From Lingula anatina (Eukaryota > Animalia > Brachiopoda): a stretch of 64,000 nt of DNA. A model generated the notes under the pieces. It was not told the DNA's origin, searched no databases, and saw only the letters and a program-made list of their open reading frames with translations. The stretch is taken from NCBI GenBank assembly GCA_051362555.1, contig CM120646.1, positions 12,276,001 to 12,340,000 on the forward strand. The letters run 5' to 3'. Below are positions 63,141-64,000 of this stretch, in pieces; the stretch's first letter is position 1; each line of letters starts with the position of its first letter. The translations under genes were made by a program, and so were the position numbers.

Positions 63141-63202
63141 GCAATCTGGATGCCACTGAGTACATTTATCATTGTGACTGGGTCGTGCATTAATATGAAC
63201 AC
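60788..63202 (-). CDS. LINE ORF2 reverse transcriptase (truncated) with C-terminal CCHC knuckle
   Basis: 804-aa open frame with NYRGI, QAGFR, FIDLKKAFDSV, GIRQGDSLSP, LLYADD, YLGI, AELGRFP and CKLC..ENEIHFLLKC. The first 20 or so residues are probably read in from flanking DNA. Confidence 0.93.
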   Translation of the reverse strand: MFILMHDPVTMINVLSGIQIANILRKESIGLGKKLRRDPFNMALKTSYRRATKEYKKLVKYKKKQMKNNILNNLLHMENKNPKEFWEIIGQLKGQMKSDSSEYIESNTWYNYFKKLGESQNSPNDQNLHESLANLEKHLDQEQFKKLDYPITIKEIKSAIRALKIRKSCGEDTISNEMLKTSAAFIAKSLAKLFNLILGSGKFPSLWNKGMIKPLLKSGDPSNPQNYRGICINSCLGKLFTSILNTRLLSYIEECESLSKQQAGFRPTYRTSDNMFILNSLINQFINKNNKLYACFIDLKKAFDSVWIEGLFLKVLKQKIGGNFYRTIKHMYQTTELCVKIGQRRTNYFKTDIGIRQGDSLSPMLFNIYIDDMKNVFNSTCDPVKINANTTISHLLYADDLVILSKSAKGLQKSLDNLGDYCKKWKLTVNTNKMKVMIFSKSGKKPNMNFTIDHQTIEITHEYNYLGIKFKSNGSFKSALDDLKGKAMKAVFAVKQALQSTTHNMTQTYLKLFDILIKPILMYGCEIWGPSIASKSIKSLKYMNTLPFEVVQNNYCKYILGVRRNASNIAAKAELGRFPITHDIMGHATSYWQRFSEMPKQHLAKTMYEYETKQDTQVKNWSSEIKYITQNLMKTQTNTPSKAEVKKALESHYTLLFLKEIERENSILRTYRLFKTNYEREAYTTAPIPKHEMQNLAKFRTGAHDLEIQRGRYRKPKSIPPEERICKLCSDEVENEIHFLLKCPLLTKHREILKPDPTQTPEGQFKCIMQSNDLHVIKNVAHYITMCNKVRKNILNQPPPSQPK

Positions 63203-64000
63203 CTTTCCATAACCATAACTAATTCCTCTGTTATTTCAAGATATCTTATCTATACGTTTTGCTAACATGTTTGGTTTCAGATTTTCCTCCAAATTAATAT
63301 CAAAGAATATTCAATATAATATAGAAAGGTAGGAATAGGATGGACTGCATTGTAAAATATCTCTGCAATTTAATTCAGTCATAGGTAAATTTGTTTTAAA
63401 ATGAATTATAAAAAATTTAACAGAAGGTTATTATATTCAGCTGGTAACAAAACGCTATACTCAGTTGCATCAAATGACTAGACTTAGTTTCAATCTAAGT
63501 CAAGTGTAAATGCACCCAATAAAGAGAAACCCCTGGGACCTCACCATTGCTTTTTCTTAATTCAACAAAAAAATCTTTAGCACAGCCCTTTATCTAACAT
63601 AAATGCATCTTAATCAGCAAAATGTGAAAGGGCATATTGTAAATGACATAGATAAAGATAAAAACTACAGTGAACTTCATGAAAGCAATCCTCGAGAATA
63701 TCATTTATGCCATGAACAGTCCCTACATTCCTTAATTGTTTAAATTCATCTGTTTGGATAAAGAAAATGTACAATAAATTTTAGGGGTATTCCTTTTCAT
63801 TTTAAAACACTGAACATTTTAATAACATTTCTTATTTGGTTATATATCTTGAATAATATAGTCACCATTGTGAATGAAAATTATTGCCATGGCAATGAGA
63901 ATTCGATCAAAGTGCTTAGATTTAAAACCACAACAAAAAGCAAGCTACCATAGAGATTTATTACAAAATACAACTCAGGTTGGCTAATGAGATTCTTCCC

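Noticed and set aside
63141-63202. ATG at 63202 as the true start of the LINE ORF
   Set aside because: The element lacks the endonuclease domain and the first residues look like flanking intron read in frame, consistent with 5' truncation.

Overview
This is AT-rich metazoan genomic DNA with GT-AG introns and many transposons. It is probably an invertebrate deuterostome, but the taxon is only an inference. Three host genes can be assembled by hand. (1) A 5-exon + strand CEP55/TNIP2(ABIN-2)-like gene at 3354-8408 encodes an EABR coiled coil, a UBAN-like motif and a C-terminal CCHC zinc finger. (2) A - strand multi-zinc-finger gene lies at 11487-13982, with possible further 5' exons. (3) The 3' 20 coding exons of capicua (CIC) run on the - strand at 41213-59594, with the ATXN1-binding motif, 14-3-3 site, HMG box and C1 domain; the gene continues past the window end. 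Between them, about 17-36 kb is a nest of DNA transposons. It includes a 7.7-kb IS3EU-type element (TATGG termini, 6-bp TSD, intron-split transposase start) that contains a Helentron-like satellite element, a decayed Academ-type XPG nuclease ORF and a MITE. It also includes a 6.2-kb TIR element with SAP/SWIM-like remnants, which holds a 3.3-kb unclassified TIR element with a 7-bp TSD, a decayed spliced gene and 188-bp tandem repeats. Elsewhere there are a decayed Tc1, a palindromic Harbinger-type MITE family (at least 5 full copies), an RTE fragment, and a young 5'-truncated LINE in a CIC intron. I found no rRNA, tRNA or CRISPR. Coordinates were counted by eye and family assignments come from motif recognition, not database searches.
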